From: Octopus vulgaris
Taxonomy: Eukaryota
DNA length: 64,000 bases
Reading direction: 5' to 3'
Assembly (NCBI GenBank): GCA_951406725.2
Contig: OX597814.1
Span: forward strand, 169,074,001 to 169,138,000
Positions 25,470-39,557 of this stretch are shown here, piece by piece; within the stretch, counting starts at the first letter, position 1, and the number at the start of each line of letters is the position of its first letter. Below the pieces are notes generated by a model. The model ran no database searches and was not told the DNA's origin. It worked only from the letters and a program-made list of their open reading frames with translations. The position numbers and the translations under genes are program-made.

Positions 25470-25683
25470 TATTTCTTTACTACACACAAGGGGCTAAACA
25501 CAGAAGGGACAAACAAGAACAGACAAACGGATTAAGTCGATTATATCGACCCAGTGCAAAACTGGTACTTTATTTATCGACCCCGAAAGGATGAAAGGCA
25601 AGAATTTGAACTCACAACGTAGCCGCAGACGAGATACGGTTACGCATTTCGCCCGGCGTGCTAACGTTTTTGCCAGCTCGCCT
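25470..25683 (-). mobile_element. Family A SINE
   Basis: Reverse-complement match to family consensus. Confidence 0.85.
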
Positions 25684-25888
25684 TAATAATGCATATCTAT
25701 ATATCCATTAAAAGCTAACAGGGTGGTCCTCGCTTCTCGATCAGGGGTTTGAGCAAGATGAACAACAGTAACTGGTGCAAGTTTGTCGTTTGGGTTTCAA
25801 TTCCCACGTCCTCTAAAACATCTTGAGTGTTTGGTGGGCTGTTAGCGTAGCTCTGGCCTTTGTATAATTACGATTTCTTGGCTCCAAT

Positions 25889-28069
25889 GAGTCGTGAATA
25901 AACAGTGGTCAATCACGTGATTGGATTGGATTGATCCGTTGCAGGTGAGCTGCAAGATGCAGGAGGAAAGAGTGAGAGAAAGTTGTGGCGAAAGAGTCAG
26001 CAGAAGTTCGCCATTACCTTCTGCTGAAGCCACGTGGAGCTTAGGTGTTTCGCTCATAAACACACACATCGCTCGGTCTGAGATTCGAACCCGCGATCCC
26101 TCGACCGCGAGTCCGCTGCTCTAACCACTGGGCCATGTTCCTACACGATTGGATGGATAGCCTGCGTAAAATCAGGATTCGATCGATGTATATACCATCA
26201 CGTGACCAGGTCATGTGACCACTTGTAAAAAAAAAAAAAATACCTCGTATAAACTATTTTCCCACTATTCAAATCTAGTCAGCCGAATGATAAGATATTT
26301 CTACTACAAGTGTGAAAATTGAGCAGGATTACAACCAATATTTCGACCAACGAAATTACATTTTCCAGATTAGTCAAGCTGCTAAAGTTTCCATCTTTTT
26401 TTATGTGAATAAAGTCGAACTCGATTTGTAAAACATCATGCAATTAACTGACTTGACCTATAGCTCTAGCTATCATTTATCTTCTTTTTGTTTCAGTCAT
26501 TAGTCTGCGGCTATACTGGGGCACCTCCTTGAAGGTTTATTCAAACAAAGCGACTCCCCACGCCACATACTCCAGAATACTTATTTACAAAAAAGGAAAA
26601 AAAATAGTTCAGTACTTAATCTTTCGTTTTCTTTTTTTACAGAACCACTAAATTACGAGGACGTAAACCAACACCGGTTGTCAAGCCGTGGCGGGAGACA
26701 AACTGCACAAACACGGACGCCGTGTCGTTAAACACAAAGGCGCGCGCGCACACACAAAATATATTTCTTTACTGCCCACAAAGGGCTAAACACAGAGGGA
26801 ACAAACAGACAACGGGATTAAGTCGATTACATCGTCCCCAGTGCGTAACTGGTTCTTATTTAATCGACCCCGAAAGGATGAAAGGCAAAGTCGACCTCGG
26901 CGGAATTTGAACTCAGAACATAACGGCAGACGAAATACGGCTATCGCTTCCAAATCCAGTTTTCTGACTGGGTAAATAATTATCAAACTTTAAACATCTA
27001 TAACTTTCTTTTAAAAGCTTTCTGGAAACAGGGAAATATCTCCTGAGATTCGGCATAGAAATTTACATCAATACACCAACTTTTAGAATTTGCAATAAAC
27101 TGAAATTTCTACAGGTGCAGCCAAACACAAAAGATCCCACACACATACTCATACATACATACATACATACATACATACATACATACATACATACATACAT
27201 ACATACATACATACATACATACACACTATATGCATGAGAATACATACACAAACCAAAACATACAAATCTGCACGTATACATATTTACAAAAATACCCTCT
27301 TGATACTGTTGAAATTCTGAAATTCCATTAGGTTAGGATCTGGCTCTTTCTCTATTGGCAAGAAATCTTGAAATAAAACTGAATAATGACACATACATAC
27401 ATACATACATACATACATACATACATACATACCAACCTACCTACCTACATACATACATACCAACCTACCTACCTACATACATACATACCTACATATACAC
27501 ATACATACATACATACATACATACATACATACATACATACATACATACATACATACATACATACATACATACTCTTTCATCAACCAAATTCACTCATAAG
27601 GTTTTGATCGACCCGGGGCTATAGTAGAAGACAATTTTCAAAAATGTCATGCAGTGGGACTGAAATCAAGACCATATGGTTGGGAAGCAAACCACGCCTG
27701 CACCTGGTTAGTGCAAAGGATTAAAATAGTGATTTTGCTTTTACTGTTTAATATACGTGATGGTATATACATCGATCGAATCCTGATTTTACGCAGGCTA
27801 TCCATCCAATCGTGGAGGCACATGGCCTAGTGGTTAGAGCAGCGGACTTATGGTCGAGGGATCGCGGGTTTGAATCTCAGACCGAGCGATGTGTGTGTTT
27901 ATGAGCGAAACACCTAAGCTCCACGCGACTCTGGCAGAAGGTAATGGCGAACTTCTTCTGGCTCTTTCGCCACAACTTTCTCTCACTCTTTCCTCCTGCA
28001 TCTTGCAGCTCACCTGCGATGCACCAATCCAATCCAATCACGTGATTGACCACTGTTTATTCACGACTC
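25889..28069. repeat. Long inverted repeat: ~315-bp arms at 25889-26203 and 27755-28069
   Basis: Each arm contains a 3'-truncated family C SINE plus the same non-SINE flanks on both sides. Confidence 0.9.
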
Positions 28070-28401
28070 TAAAACTGTTGGTAGGAAGGAGGAACTTAAT
28101 GTCAGAATGAAAAATCCTGCTCGAATGCTTCCAACAGAGTGGATTCTATTAAAGGTGCTGAAAGACAAAGTTCTGGTATTAGAACAGGTGGCTGAGTACA
28201 TTCTCTTCAATGAAAACAAGATTCATTTGCCAACCAAAGAGGGAACTTCATCGTAGTTGCTTAGCCTGACAGAAACAACTTCCTCAAGTGGCACACCGGA
28301 ATCTTTAAAAGAAAATAGAAAAAGGGAGGATACTTTAAAGAATAAGGCTGAGGATCATGGTTGAAATACTTCTGAATATTGTTTATTCATTAATTTATTT
28401 G

Positions 28402-28725
28402 CTTGCTCAGTGATTAGAGCATTGGGCTCATAGTCATGAGGTAGTGAATTCGATTTCCGGACCAGGCTGTGTGTTGGATTCTTGAGCAAGACACTTTATT
28501 TCATGTTGCTCCGGTTCATTCAGCTGTAGAAATGAGTTGCACCGTCACTGGTGCCAAGCTGTGTAGGCCTTTGTTTTTCCTTGGATAACATCGGAGGCAT
28601 GGAGAGGGGAGACTGATATGTATGAGCGACTGCTGGTCTTCCATAAACAACCTAGTCTGGACTTGTGCCTTGGAGGAGAACTTTCTAGGTGCAATTCCAT
28701 GGTCATTCATGACTGAAGGGGGTCT
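28402..28725 (+). mobile_element. tRNA-derived SINE, family D
   Basis: TTCTTGAGCAAGACACTTT core; homologous to 58975-59311 (-). Confidence 0.8.
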
Positions 28726-29051
28726 TTACTTTTATTGGCAGGTTAATGAACAGCTGGATTAAATTGTATTATCTTTGTTACAAGCTGTAAGGAGCAGCGT
28801 TAGGTCTGCTAAGAGTGATGCTATTGAAGAGGAGAAGGGCTTCTTTGAGTTTCCGTCTACCAAATCCATTCACAAGGCTTTGGTCAGCCTGAGGCTATAG
28901 TAAAAGATATTTGCCCAAGATGCCACATAGTGGGACTGAACCCAGGACCATGTGGTTGGGAAGCAAGCTTCTTACCACACAGCCATGCCTGTGCCTCATT
29001 CATCCTTAATTTTCCCTAATCTATAATTCTCCTTAATGTATCATTCTATGA

Positions 29052-29095
<44 letters not shown>

Positions 29096-29199
29096 CAAAC
29101 ACAAATATAAAGACAAATATTTTAAATTTTTACTTTTATTTATTTGAGTCAGAGGCTGTGGGCGTGGTAGAACAATGCGATTGATGTGATCATTAGTTT

Positions 29200-30960
29200 A
29201 TTCCATTTCATTTCATTTCCATGGTCTTCCTGTTTGGTCCTGATGAATGAGGGACTTTATCTATTTGTCTCCTTATTTGCTTTTCTTATGATATGGGTTC
29301 ATCTGGTGTCTCAGACAAATATCTGTCTGTTTTCAGATACATCTACATACCTTGTTAATCACTGAGAATTTTCAGCAACATATTAAAATGCTGTGGGGCC
29401 CATGAACCCTGTGTTTGTACAGTATAGGCTTATTTCTTGATGGTGCTTTTGGTACGCTGCGGCAGCATCTAGTTTGGGGATTAGTATAGTTTTAAACCCA
29501 GTGTTAGATGCTAAACCCCACCAGAATTTTCCATATATATATCATATATATCTTTTGTGTCTTCGCTGTAGTGTAGAGTCTCAGTTGTTTAAGTCTCTCC
29601 CAGGGGCCTGTGTTGCACAGAGGCAATTTTCTTGGTATAACAGCATTGAATTGCCTTGAGCTTGGCTATTACTTTGTGGTAATGTGGCAACCATAATTGA
29701 GAACAGAAGTCCAGGCAACTGAGAATGAAATTTTCTTTATAAGATCATAAGATCAAGATGGTATCCTTTTTCTTGTTCTGAAAGATCTCAAAATTCAATA
29801 AGCCAGTCTTCTGCAAATTGTTGCCATCTTAAGAATAGGCACACAAAATGATGCGTCATTATCCTTATAGATTTCCAGATCATGCACTGATTCCAGTATT
29901 GTAGCATCTCCAGTTCCTGTGCATTCTGACTGCATTATATTTGTGAGTTAATATCGGAGTGCTTGGAATTTTTTAATATCGAACAGCTTGTTCAAGTCTT
30001 GTAGATTTGCTTTATCATCATGTTCCTTGACTGCCAGTGATCCTTTTGTATTGTTAGTGTACCTGGTGATAGTGGCTGATTGTATGAATGAGAGATTGTC
30101 AGCACAAACAGTAGTGGCCCCTGTTCAGTTCTGTTATGAATTTATACACCCCAGAGAGACCACTGTTGGCTCCTTCCTTTTAAAAAGTTACTTCCCTAGT
30201 CTTCCAACTATGCCAAAGTCACCAGTTTATAGCTTATAATTTTTGTGAGCAATTTTATTGAAGGCCTTTGCAAAGCTGAGATACATTACATCCACATTTA
30301 AATGATTAGCCTGATGCTTCAGTACCCAGTCATAATGTAGCAGTAATTGTGTGAGGCAGTTCCTTCTTGGATGGAAGCCATCCTGCATATCAATGAGCAA
30401 GCCATTTTTTTTTTCTAGTGACATGATCAGCTTCCTTCTGACAATGTGTTCCATGACTGCTGATATGTAAGGTCAATGAGATAGACCAGTAATTTTTAGC
30501 ATTTGCTTTGCTTTCTTTATTGATAGGGTATATCATACTTTCTTTTAACTTTCTAGAAAGCTCTGGAAAAGTATCTGCAGATGCCTTACCAAAGCCTTCT
30601 CACATGTCTTGAAAAGAATTGCTGTAAAACTATCAGGAACTGTTACTGAATTCAAGCTCATCTCATCAATTCAATAGCTGATATAATACCTTTCTCTCAA
30701 ATGTCACCAGGGTCGACTTTGCCTTTCATCTTTCCAGGGTTGATTAAATAGGTACTAGTTGAACACTGGAGCCACTGTAATTCACTTACTCCTTCCACCG
30801 TGACCGCTGGCCATGTGCTAAAATTAGAAACCAATATATCTCTCTGTTTTATGTTGATTACATTAACAATTACCTCTTCCTGATGTAGAACTGTTCAGGT
30901 TTATATGCATATCTCCCAGTAGGAAAATGAAAACATTTTGACATCATTTATTTGCAATTT
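29200..30960 (-). mobile_element. CR1-clade LINE ORF2 remnant
   Basis: MEHIVR...QDGFHPRRNCLTQLL...VDVMYLSFAKAFNKIAH (RT domain QxGF and DFxKAFD-like motifs); many stops. Boundaries approximate. Confidence 0.8.
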
Positions 30961-30965
30961 CGCTT

Positions 30966-31218
30966 AGGCGTAGGAGTGGCTGTGTGGTAAGTAGCTTGCT
31001 TACGAACCACATGGTTCCAGGTTCAGTCTCTCTGTGTGACACCTAGGGCAAGTGTCTTCTACTATAGCTTCGGGCCGACCAAAGCCTTGTGAATGGATTT
31101 GGTAAACAGAAACTGAAAGAAGCCTGTCATATATATGTATATATGTATGTGTGTGTACATGTTTGCATGTCTGTGTTTGTCCCCCAACATTGCTTGACAA
31201 CTGATGCTGGTGTGTTTA
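30966..31218 (+). mobile_element. Family B SINE, 3'-truncated
   Basis: Intact head; ends at a (TA)n tract. Confidence 0.85.
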
Positions 31219-31234
31219 TATATATATATATATG

Positions 31235-31551
31235 TAAAATACAGTGTACATTTAAACACATTAAGAGGTGTCCATCAGAGGAATCCTTTACGCTAGAAAG
31301 AACAGCTAAAGTCCAAACCACAAATTAGGGATAAATTCTTAAAGGGAATGAAAAATAATTTACCATCTATTTCCTGGACCATGGTTTCTGACTTATTTTA
31401 GCAAGTAAAATAGATGGCAAATGTTTATATTTTTCATTCCCTTCGAGAATTTATCCCTAATTAGTGGTTTGGACTTTAGCTGTTCTTTCTAGCGTAAAGG
31501 ATTCCTATGATGGAAACCTCTTCTATGAGTTTTAATGTACACTGTATTTTA
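31235..31551. repeat. TA-flanked long hairpin (~140-bp arms, 35-bp spacer)
   Basis: 31235-31372 is the reverse complement of 31408-31551. Confidence 0.9.
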
Positions 31552-31669
31552 TATGAATAATATATAGTCTATTGACTAATTTTTCTATACGCTAGGCCAC
31601 TGGTAGCAAAAATTTCTAAAATCTTTATTATCCTGATAATATTAATTATATATATATATATATCCGTAC

Positions 31670-32190
31670 ATCATCATCATCATCATCGTTTAACGTCCGC
31701 TTTCCATGCTAGCATGGGTTGGACGGTTCAACTGGGGTCTGGGGAGCCCGAAGGCTGCACCAGGCCAGTCAGATCTGGCAGTGTTTCTACAGCTGGATGC
31801 CCTTCCTAACGCCAACCACTCCGAGAGTGTAGTGGGTGATTTTATGTGCCACTGACACAGGTGCCAGACGAGGCTGGTGAACGGCCACACTCGGATGGTG
31901 TTTTTTATGTGCCACCGACGCAGGTGCCAGACAAGGCTGGCGGACGGCCACACTCGGATGGTGTTTTTTATGTGCCACCGACGCAGGTGCCAGACGAGGC
32001 TGGCAAACGGCCACGATTGGATGGTGTTTGTTACGTGCCCACAGCACGGAAGCCAGTCGATGCGGTACTGGCTACAGCCACATTCGGATGGTTTTCTTAT
32101 GTGCCACCGGCACTGGTACCACAAAGATACAAATTCCATTGATGTTCATCTATTTTGATTTGGTTTGATTTGATTTGATTTTGATTTTAT
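31670..32190 (-). mobile_element. Non-autonomous retroelement with (ATG)n tail (RTE-like 3' end) and internal ~63-bp tandem repeats
   Basis: Tail ...CCATGCTAGCATGGAAAGCGGACGTTAAACG(ATG)n; ~4 units at 31841-32112. Second copy at 63845-64000. Confidence 0.7.
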
Positions 32191-32294
32191 ATCCGTACAC
32201 TCTAACTTTAACATATAAATATGTGTGTGTGTGTGTGTGTGTGCGTGTTTGTGTGTGTGTGTGTATGCATATATAAGCATACATATACAGGTAT

Positions 32295-32722
32295 CTTTTA
32301 TCTTTTATTTGTTCCAGCCACTAGACTGTAGCTATGCTGGGGCACTGCCTTGAATTTTTAGTTCAATGAATTGACCCCAGTACTATAGTTCTTTTTCTAA
32401 GCCTGGTATTTATTTTATCAATCTCTTTTGCTGAACTGCTAAGCTATGGGGATGCAAACACACCAACACCATTTGTCAAGTGGTGGTGAGGGGCAAACAT
32501 AGACAGAAAGACACACACACATAGATATACATGCATGTATATATATATATCATCATTATCATCATCGTGACAGGCTTCTTTCAGTTTCCATCTACCAAAT
32601 CCACTCACAAGGCTTGTTGGCCTGAGCCTATAAGCAGAAAGCACTTGCCCAAGGTGCCATGCAGTGGGACTGAACCTGGAACCATATGGTTGGGAAGCAA
32701 ACTTCTTACCACACAGCCATGC
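32295..32722 (-). mobile_element. Family B SINE (older, CpG-decayed)
   Basis: Homology to family B. Confidence 0.8.
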
Positions 32723-33591
32723 ATATGTACGTATATATATATATGTGTGTGTGTGTGTGTATTTGTATATGTATGTATTCATGTATACTGACAATACTTG
32801 TATCCATGGAAGTTCTACAGTTATATTGCAAACAGTGAGATTACTGGAAGTTTATAGGGAGCATAAAACACATCATTTCTTTTGAAAATTTCTTATTTGA
32901 GAGTGTTTCATCCTTTTGAAGACTTACAGTTCATACATACAGAAAGTGAAGACACAATCTTAGGAAAGATTTCTTCTTGAAGGCTATACATATATATCAC
33001 CTCTTCAACCTTGAAAGCTGTTATATATTATCATCATCGTTATCCGCATTATTTTTATATTGATTTCAAGAAATGAAAAGCAAATTATAATCTATTTATA
33101 ACAATTTTTTCTCTATGGCATGACTACATTGGGGTCTTAACCCTTTTAATACCAACCTGTCTCAAACCATGCCTATTTCTATAATACAAACTTCCTATTT
33201 TAATCCTTTAGCCTTCAGATTAATCTGGTCAAACATAATGCATATATATTCACAATATTTTGAATCACTCATGCATTATCTTGTAGCTTTCAAATTTAAA
33301 TGATGTGACTGTTTATGTTTAGAATGGCCATGTTGGGCAGGTATGATAGGCTGGATCTGGCCAGTTTGCAGATAAAATTGAAGGATATTGCTGGCTTAAA
33401 TACTAAAGGATTAAAGTAGTTTAAATTAAAAATTTAAAGTAAAATGGATAAAAGGTACCAATATATGTTAATTGCACAAGAAAGATAATTCATCCGAACT
33501 TATAGGGAAGACAAAAAAAATGCGTTTTTTTTATGAATTACCTTAGTATCTTGCTTGAGATTGAAATCAGAACCTCTAGATGACTGAGAAA

Positions 33592-33824
33592 GGGGGGCGA
33601 GCTGGCAGAATCGTTAGCACGCCAGGCAAAATGCTTAGCAGTATTTCGTCTGCCGCTACGTTCTGAGTTCAAAATTCCGCCGAGGTCGACTTTGCCTTTC
33701 ATCCTTTCGGGGTCGATAAATTAAGTACCAGTTACACACTGGGGTCGGTGTAATCGACTTAATCCATTTGTCTGTCCTTGTTTGTCCCCTCTATGTTTAG
33801 CCCCTTGTGGGCAATAAAGAAATA
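33592..33824 (+). mobile_element. Family A SINE
   Basis: TSD AGAACCTCTAGAT(G/T)ACTG. Confidence 0.9.
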
Positions 33825-34919
33825 AGAACCTCTAGATTACTGCACTACATTAACCGATCCTAGGCAAGGCACAAAAGTGAATCACAAGAAACCTGAAGAA
33901 GGCTGGAACAGTCTGAGTAATATAAACAGTGTACATAATATAAATTCCACTTCGCAGAAGTATAGAACTGTACAATGGGCTTCTTTAAGTTTCCATCACT
34001 CAAGTACTTCACTGGTTGAGATGAAAAGCAAGGCCAACACTAGTAAATCTAAATTCTTAAGCGTATCTAGCTATGGTGCTTTGCATTGATTTTTAGTATC
34101 ATGGAGGTCAACTTTTACTTTTATTCTTAACATGGTTGATGAAATAAATTACAAGTCAAATATTGGAATCAATATAATCAGTTGTTCTTTGTCCAATATT
34201 TCTGGCAGTGTGCCTCTGTAAGAAAATATCTAAGAGTGGCAATCTTTGATAACCAACTTAACATGGATGTCATATTAGAACACTAGATACTGCATTATTT
34301 ATCTAGAGAGAACCTCTAACATGGACTCATGGTGCATAAAAGAACTTGTATATAAATCAAAGAGAAACAAGAACTGTCTGCTACAGTCACTGTAACAACC
34401 AGATCATGTGATTTTGCCCAGTTTTGACTCCTCAGTTGCTGACATCCAGTAGCAACATAACAGTCAAATTTCATTGTCAACAATATATAGATTATTAAAA
34501 TCCATATATAGATTTTAATATATATTAAATATATATTAATATATAGATTATTAAAACATAATTAATAGTGACAGAAAATGTACTAATACCAAATGGCAAT
34601 CTTTATATCCAACTTAATGTGGAAGTTAAGATCCCCGTTAAGTTGCCTTCTGGTATTAATATTGTTTCTGTAACTATTAATTATTATCTATGGTATTATT
34701 TTATATGCCATGATGTATTTATGCTTTAACAAGCATAATTCACAAGTATCTAGGTATTTTAGCCATCTTTATGTTCCGAGTTCAAATTCTGCTGAGGTCG
34801 ACTTTGCCTTTCATCCTTTCAAGGTCGATAAATTAAGTACCAGGTAAATACTGGGGTTGATGTAATCAACTATCCTCCTCCTCCAAATTTCTTCTTCTTC
34901 TTATTATTATTATTATCAG

Positions 34920-35431
34920 CAGCGCATGCCATCAAAATGGTACTGGGGTAAAATATACGAAGCCCAATATACCCAACATGACTACCCATCAGATAAAGGT
35001 ACACCAGGTACATGCATCACAACCATATGGTGATCTTATATTAAGATAAACAGTGCATAACCTTGCAGGTTAGAATTTTCTTCAGGTTGAGTAGCCCATT
35101 CTGAATAAGATTTGTTTAAGGATGATGAACAAAACACCCATGTCTCCAGAGGTGAATTATCCAAACCTCAAAGAATTCCTCTCAACACATGGCTATGATG
35201 CACCCCCCACTATTTCTGCTTGTGATCAGAGATGCACATATTGTCAGCCACTAAGGAACATGCTCAACTGGTTAAGGTCAAACAACTGACAAGCAAATCT
35301 GTGGTATTGAGCAGAATATTTGTTGTAGCCAATCATTTATATCAACACAAAACAATGTACATGATAACACTTCCAATCAGCTAAGATCAAAAGCCATGAG
35401 AGGCACTGCCTGGGACTGCATCAGGGCATTT
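34920..35431 (-). mobile_element. (TAA)n-embedded non-coding element, family T
   Basis: Reverse complement of 41767-42324; (TTA)n on both sides. Confidence 0.85.
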
Positions 35432-35701
35432 ATTATTATTATTATTATTATTATTATAAAGGTGGGGGCAGTGAGCTAGCAGAATAGTTAGCATGTTTGA
35501 TTGATTTTTACATTCTGAATTCATATCTCTACAAGGTTAACTTTGTCTTTCGTCCTATCAAGGTTGATAAAATAAAGTATCAGTCAAGTACGAGGGTCAA
35601 TGTAATCGACTAGACCCTTCCCAAAACTTCAGGCCTTCTGCCGATAGTAACAAGCAAGCAAACAAGTTGTCAAGTAAGCAAGCAAGGAGGGAAGGAAGGA
35701 G

Positions 35702-35759
<58 letters not shown>

Positions 35760-37508
35760 ATGGAAGGAAGGGAGGAAGAAAGAAAGAAAGAAAGAAACAG
35801 AAAAAGAAAGAGGGAAAGAAATTATTAATAAGGCACTGAAGTGGTAGGTATTTCTTCTGGTTCATTACATTCTCAGTTCAAATCTCACCTAGTTCAACTT
35901 TGCCTTTCACTCGTTCGGAGTTGATAAAATAAAGTACCAATCAAATACTGGGATCCATGGAATAGACTTCCCTCTGCTTCTTGAAATCGTTAGCTTTGTG
36001 CCGAAACGTGAAACAATTATTATATATCATTAAAAACAAACGAAGGCATAGAAAGCTGTAGTTGGCTATTTAATGTCGTTTCATCCCCAAGTGAGCAGAT
36101 GTGACACTCCTATATTTTAATGTATCAATGACTACGTTTGTTCAATGTCCCTTTTATTGGTAGCGAATACGTTTTGAGACCGATTTGAGTGATATTTATA
36201 GTAAGTCGAGCGTACGCGTAGAGACTCTTTTTGTTAATTCGGATACGTTCCACTGCACACAAGGATAACGCCGTACTAAATACTCCGAAACTGACAGGAT
36301 GGTCACAGCTGGAATGCTTCAACAACTGTATTTTTTCCCTCCCCCTACGTAAATAAGAAAATCCACATTTTCCTTAATAAAACTGAGTAATAATATAAAC
36401 CTCCTCTCGCTTTTAGAGAACATGTTTATCAATAAATAATACAGCATACAGCTAGCTTTTTCGAATATTTCTATAATTCTGTTTGTAGGCGAGAGTATCT
36501 TTAACAAACAAAAGTACTGTCTCCTCTATTTATTTTCTGGGTATACAGAATTCTAGAAATTAGCTGGAAGCTGATTGACGTGTGGGACTTACGAGAAGAA
36601 GCTAAATCGCGTCAAATGTGCGTATTCTTGAGGTGGAAAGAATAATAATACATAGAAAGAGAAAGCAGAAAAAAGAAGTTAAAAAAATGAATAAATAAAG
36701 AGAAAATAGGTAAACGGTATGTTGTATACCTCGTGGTAATTTAGCAAGCTTTGTTGACGATTAAATCAAAACATGAGAAAACAAACTACAAATAAAAGCG
36801 TGGAGGACAAAACAATTAACGAGAAATACAAAATAAATACTCGAGGATTTCACATTTTTTTTCTCTCGCTATCATAGCCTTGCTGTAAAGTATTATTGTA
36901 ACACACACACACGTATATACATACATACCTATATATATATATGTATATACACACACACATTTGCTACGGGTGATGAATTTGTAGTGTGTGATGTGTGCTT
37001 TCAGATGCATAGGCCTTACAGTATGTGAGTGAGCTGGTGCCAGCTTTTGTGTGTGTGTGTGTGTGTATAGTGGTAGATATACATGTACCTTAAGTATACA
37101 AAACACACAGAAGCGAAATGCATTATGACAAAGATCACTATTATCATATAAAAAAACAACTCATACTGTGAATAATTGTGTACATAAATACACACACACA
37201 CATACACACAAATGTATGCATGTGGTGTACATTCATTAATACATACCATTCATACACACAGGCATTCACGCATGAACATAACTGGTTGCACACAACATTA
37301 TATTATGTATGTAATGTATGTAATGTATGCATGCATCCATGCATGTATGTATTCGAGTGCTTGTGTGTGCGTACGTACGTAGATATATACCAGTGCACAA
37401 ACATTTATCCGTGTTACGATAGAGAATTAGAGCACTGCATGTGTATTTTACATTGCGAGCGTGTGTGTATTTGAGTATATCATGTTTGACTGTCTTCTAC
37501 CTACCTGC

Positions 37509-37562
<54 letters not shown>

Positions 37563-37651
37563 ATCTATCTATCTGTCTGTCTGTCTGTCTGTCTGTCTGC
37601 ATGTCTGTCTGTCTGTCTGCATGTCTGTCTGTCTGTCTTTCTGCCTGTCTG

Positions 37652-37726
<75 letters not shown>

Positions 37727-37917
37727 CTATCCTATAGCGCTAGTCTCTCTCGCCTTCTTTTTCTTTGCCATAGGCAATCAGGTCTTAGGGCCTGAGGATA
37801 CGCCATAAAGGAACCAGTAATTGATACACACATACACACACACATAGACACACACACTAATACACACATACAATCATACATATATGTGTGTGTGTGTATA
37901 TATATAATATATATATA

Positions 37918-38120
37918 CTGTTGTGTCTGGGGAGAGTCATTTTCTTTTTGTGCCTTATAATTTAACACACTCACCGGTAAAATTTCAAGACTATTGAAAA
38001 GGTTGCAAGACGCAACGAAAATTTTAGGAAAATAAAAATAAGAAATAAGTGGGAATTTTACCGGTGAGTGTGTTACATTATAAGGCACAAAAAGAAAAAG
38101 ACTCTCCCCAGACACAACAG
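37918..38120. repeat. TA-flanked hairpin (~67-bp arms)
   Basis: 37918-37984 is the reverse complement of 38054-38120. Confidence 0.9.
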
Positions 38121-38218
38121 AATATGCTTCAACACACGAACTCAGAGAAAGAATATTGCAAATCAAGTCCCAAAATGAAATATATATATATATATATATA
38201 CACAGGATTGGTTCACTA

Positions 38219-38601
38219 GGCGCAGGAGTGGCTATATAAATAACTTTCTGACCAACCACATGGTTCCGGGTTCAGTCCCACTGCGTGGCACCTTGGGCAA
38301 GTGTCTTCTACTATAGCCTCGGGCCGACCAAACCATTATGAGTAAATATGGTAAAAGAAGCCCGTCGTATATATAATATGTGTGTGTGTGTGTATGTTTG
38401 TGTGTCTGTTTGACACTCCCACCATCGTTTGACAACCGATGCTGGTGTGTTTACGTCCTCGTAATTTAGCGGTTTGGCAAAAAATGCCGATAGAATAAGT
38501 ACTAGACTTTCAAAGAATAAGCCCTAGGGTCGAGTTGTTCGACTATAGGCGCTCTTCCAGCATGACAGCAGTCAAATGACTGAAACAAATAAAAGAGTAA
38601 A
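38219..38601 (+). mobile_element. Family B SINE
   Basis: Head and tail both present. Confidence 0.85.
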
Positions 38602-39557
38602 TGAATATATATATAGATTATAGATATTGATTGATAGATAGGTAGATTGATCTGTATGTGAGTGTGTTTATGCATATACAGCATATCTATATTTGTAATA
38701 TGTATGTAATGTATACACGCTCACATGGCACACACGTGTACTCATGCCTAAATCTAAATCTTTCAAGCTTCTTTTACCTGACTGACTACCGTATTTTCAA
38801 AAATACACACAAATTATTCTCTTTCGATCCGAGCCGAGTGGAGCCGAAATTGATGGCTTCTATGCGGTCGTTTTGATATGCTAGAAATAGGCAAATATCC
38901 TTCAAGTCATTTGCTGTCCTACATAAGAACAAACATGTTAGACCATGTAGTTCTAGATGTTTTACGCCTGTAAATAAAACGAGATGGTCCGCTCAATTGG
39001 GGTGGAGTTGGGACTAAACAACAGCAGTCGAGCCCCACAAGTAAGCTTGCATGCGGTCGTTCGACCTACTAATTATAGTAGCTAACGTTCCTCAAATACA
39101 CACTTTACCAGTGGCGGCGCGTGTATAGGAACTGCGGAACTGCAGCACCCCACTATTTCCATTCGATATTATCGGTAACATTCAATATAATGAGTCCTTT
39201 TTTCTTTAATTCTTTCTTTATACTTGTACATTATAATCTTTAAACTTAATGTCAGTAGCCATCCCCTAGTTTATGAAAAAAAAATCTTGTATAGATCTGT
39301 GCGCTTCACAGTTCCAGCAACGCGATGTTTAGCTATTGTGCGCATGCTTACATGTCCGAGATAGGAAGCTTCACACTAGGGAGAGAGAGAGAGAGTACTG
39401 CGTGCCAGATGAAAGGGTGTGCTTAAAAACGTGTTTATATTCTTGAATGTGATAAAGTGTAGAATTAGATTAGTATTCTGCTTCCAGCTGTGTTGCTGCC
39501 AGGATTTTAAAAATAAGGCATATTCCATCCCACCTTATTTTGTGATTTAGGAGGGGG

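Noticed and set aside
31841-32112. Regular ~63-bp repeats as a possible CRISPR array
   Set aside because: Contiguous tandem units with no unique spacers, inside a eukaryotic retroelement; no cas genes.
36125-36325. CpG-rich unique stretch with a 66-aa ORF
   Set aside because: No recognisable protein similarity or convincing splice signals.
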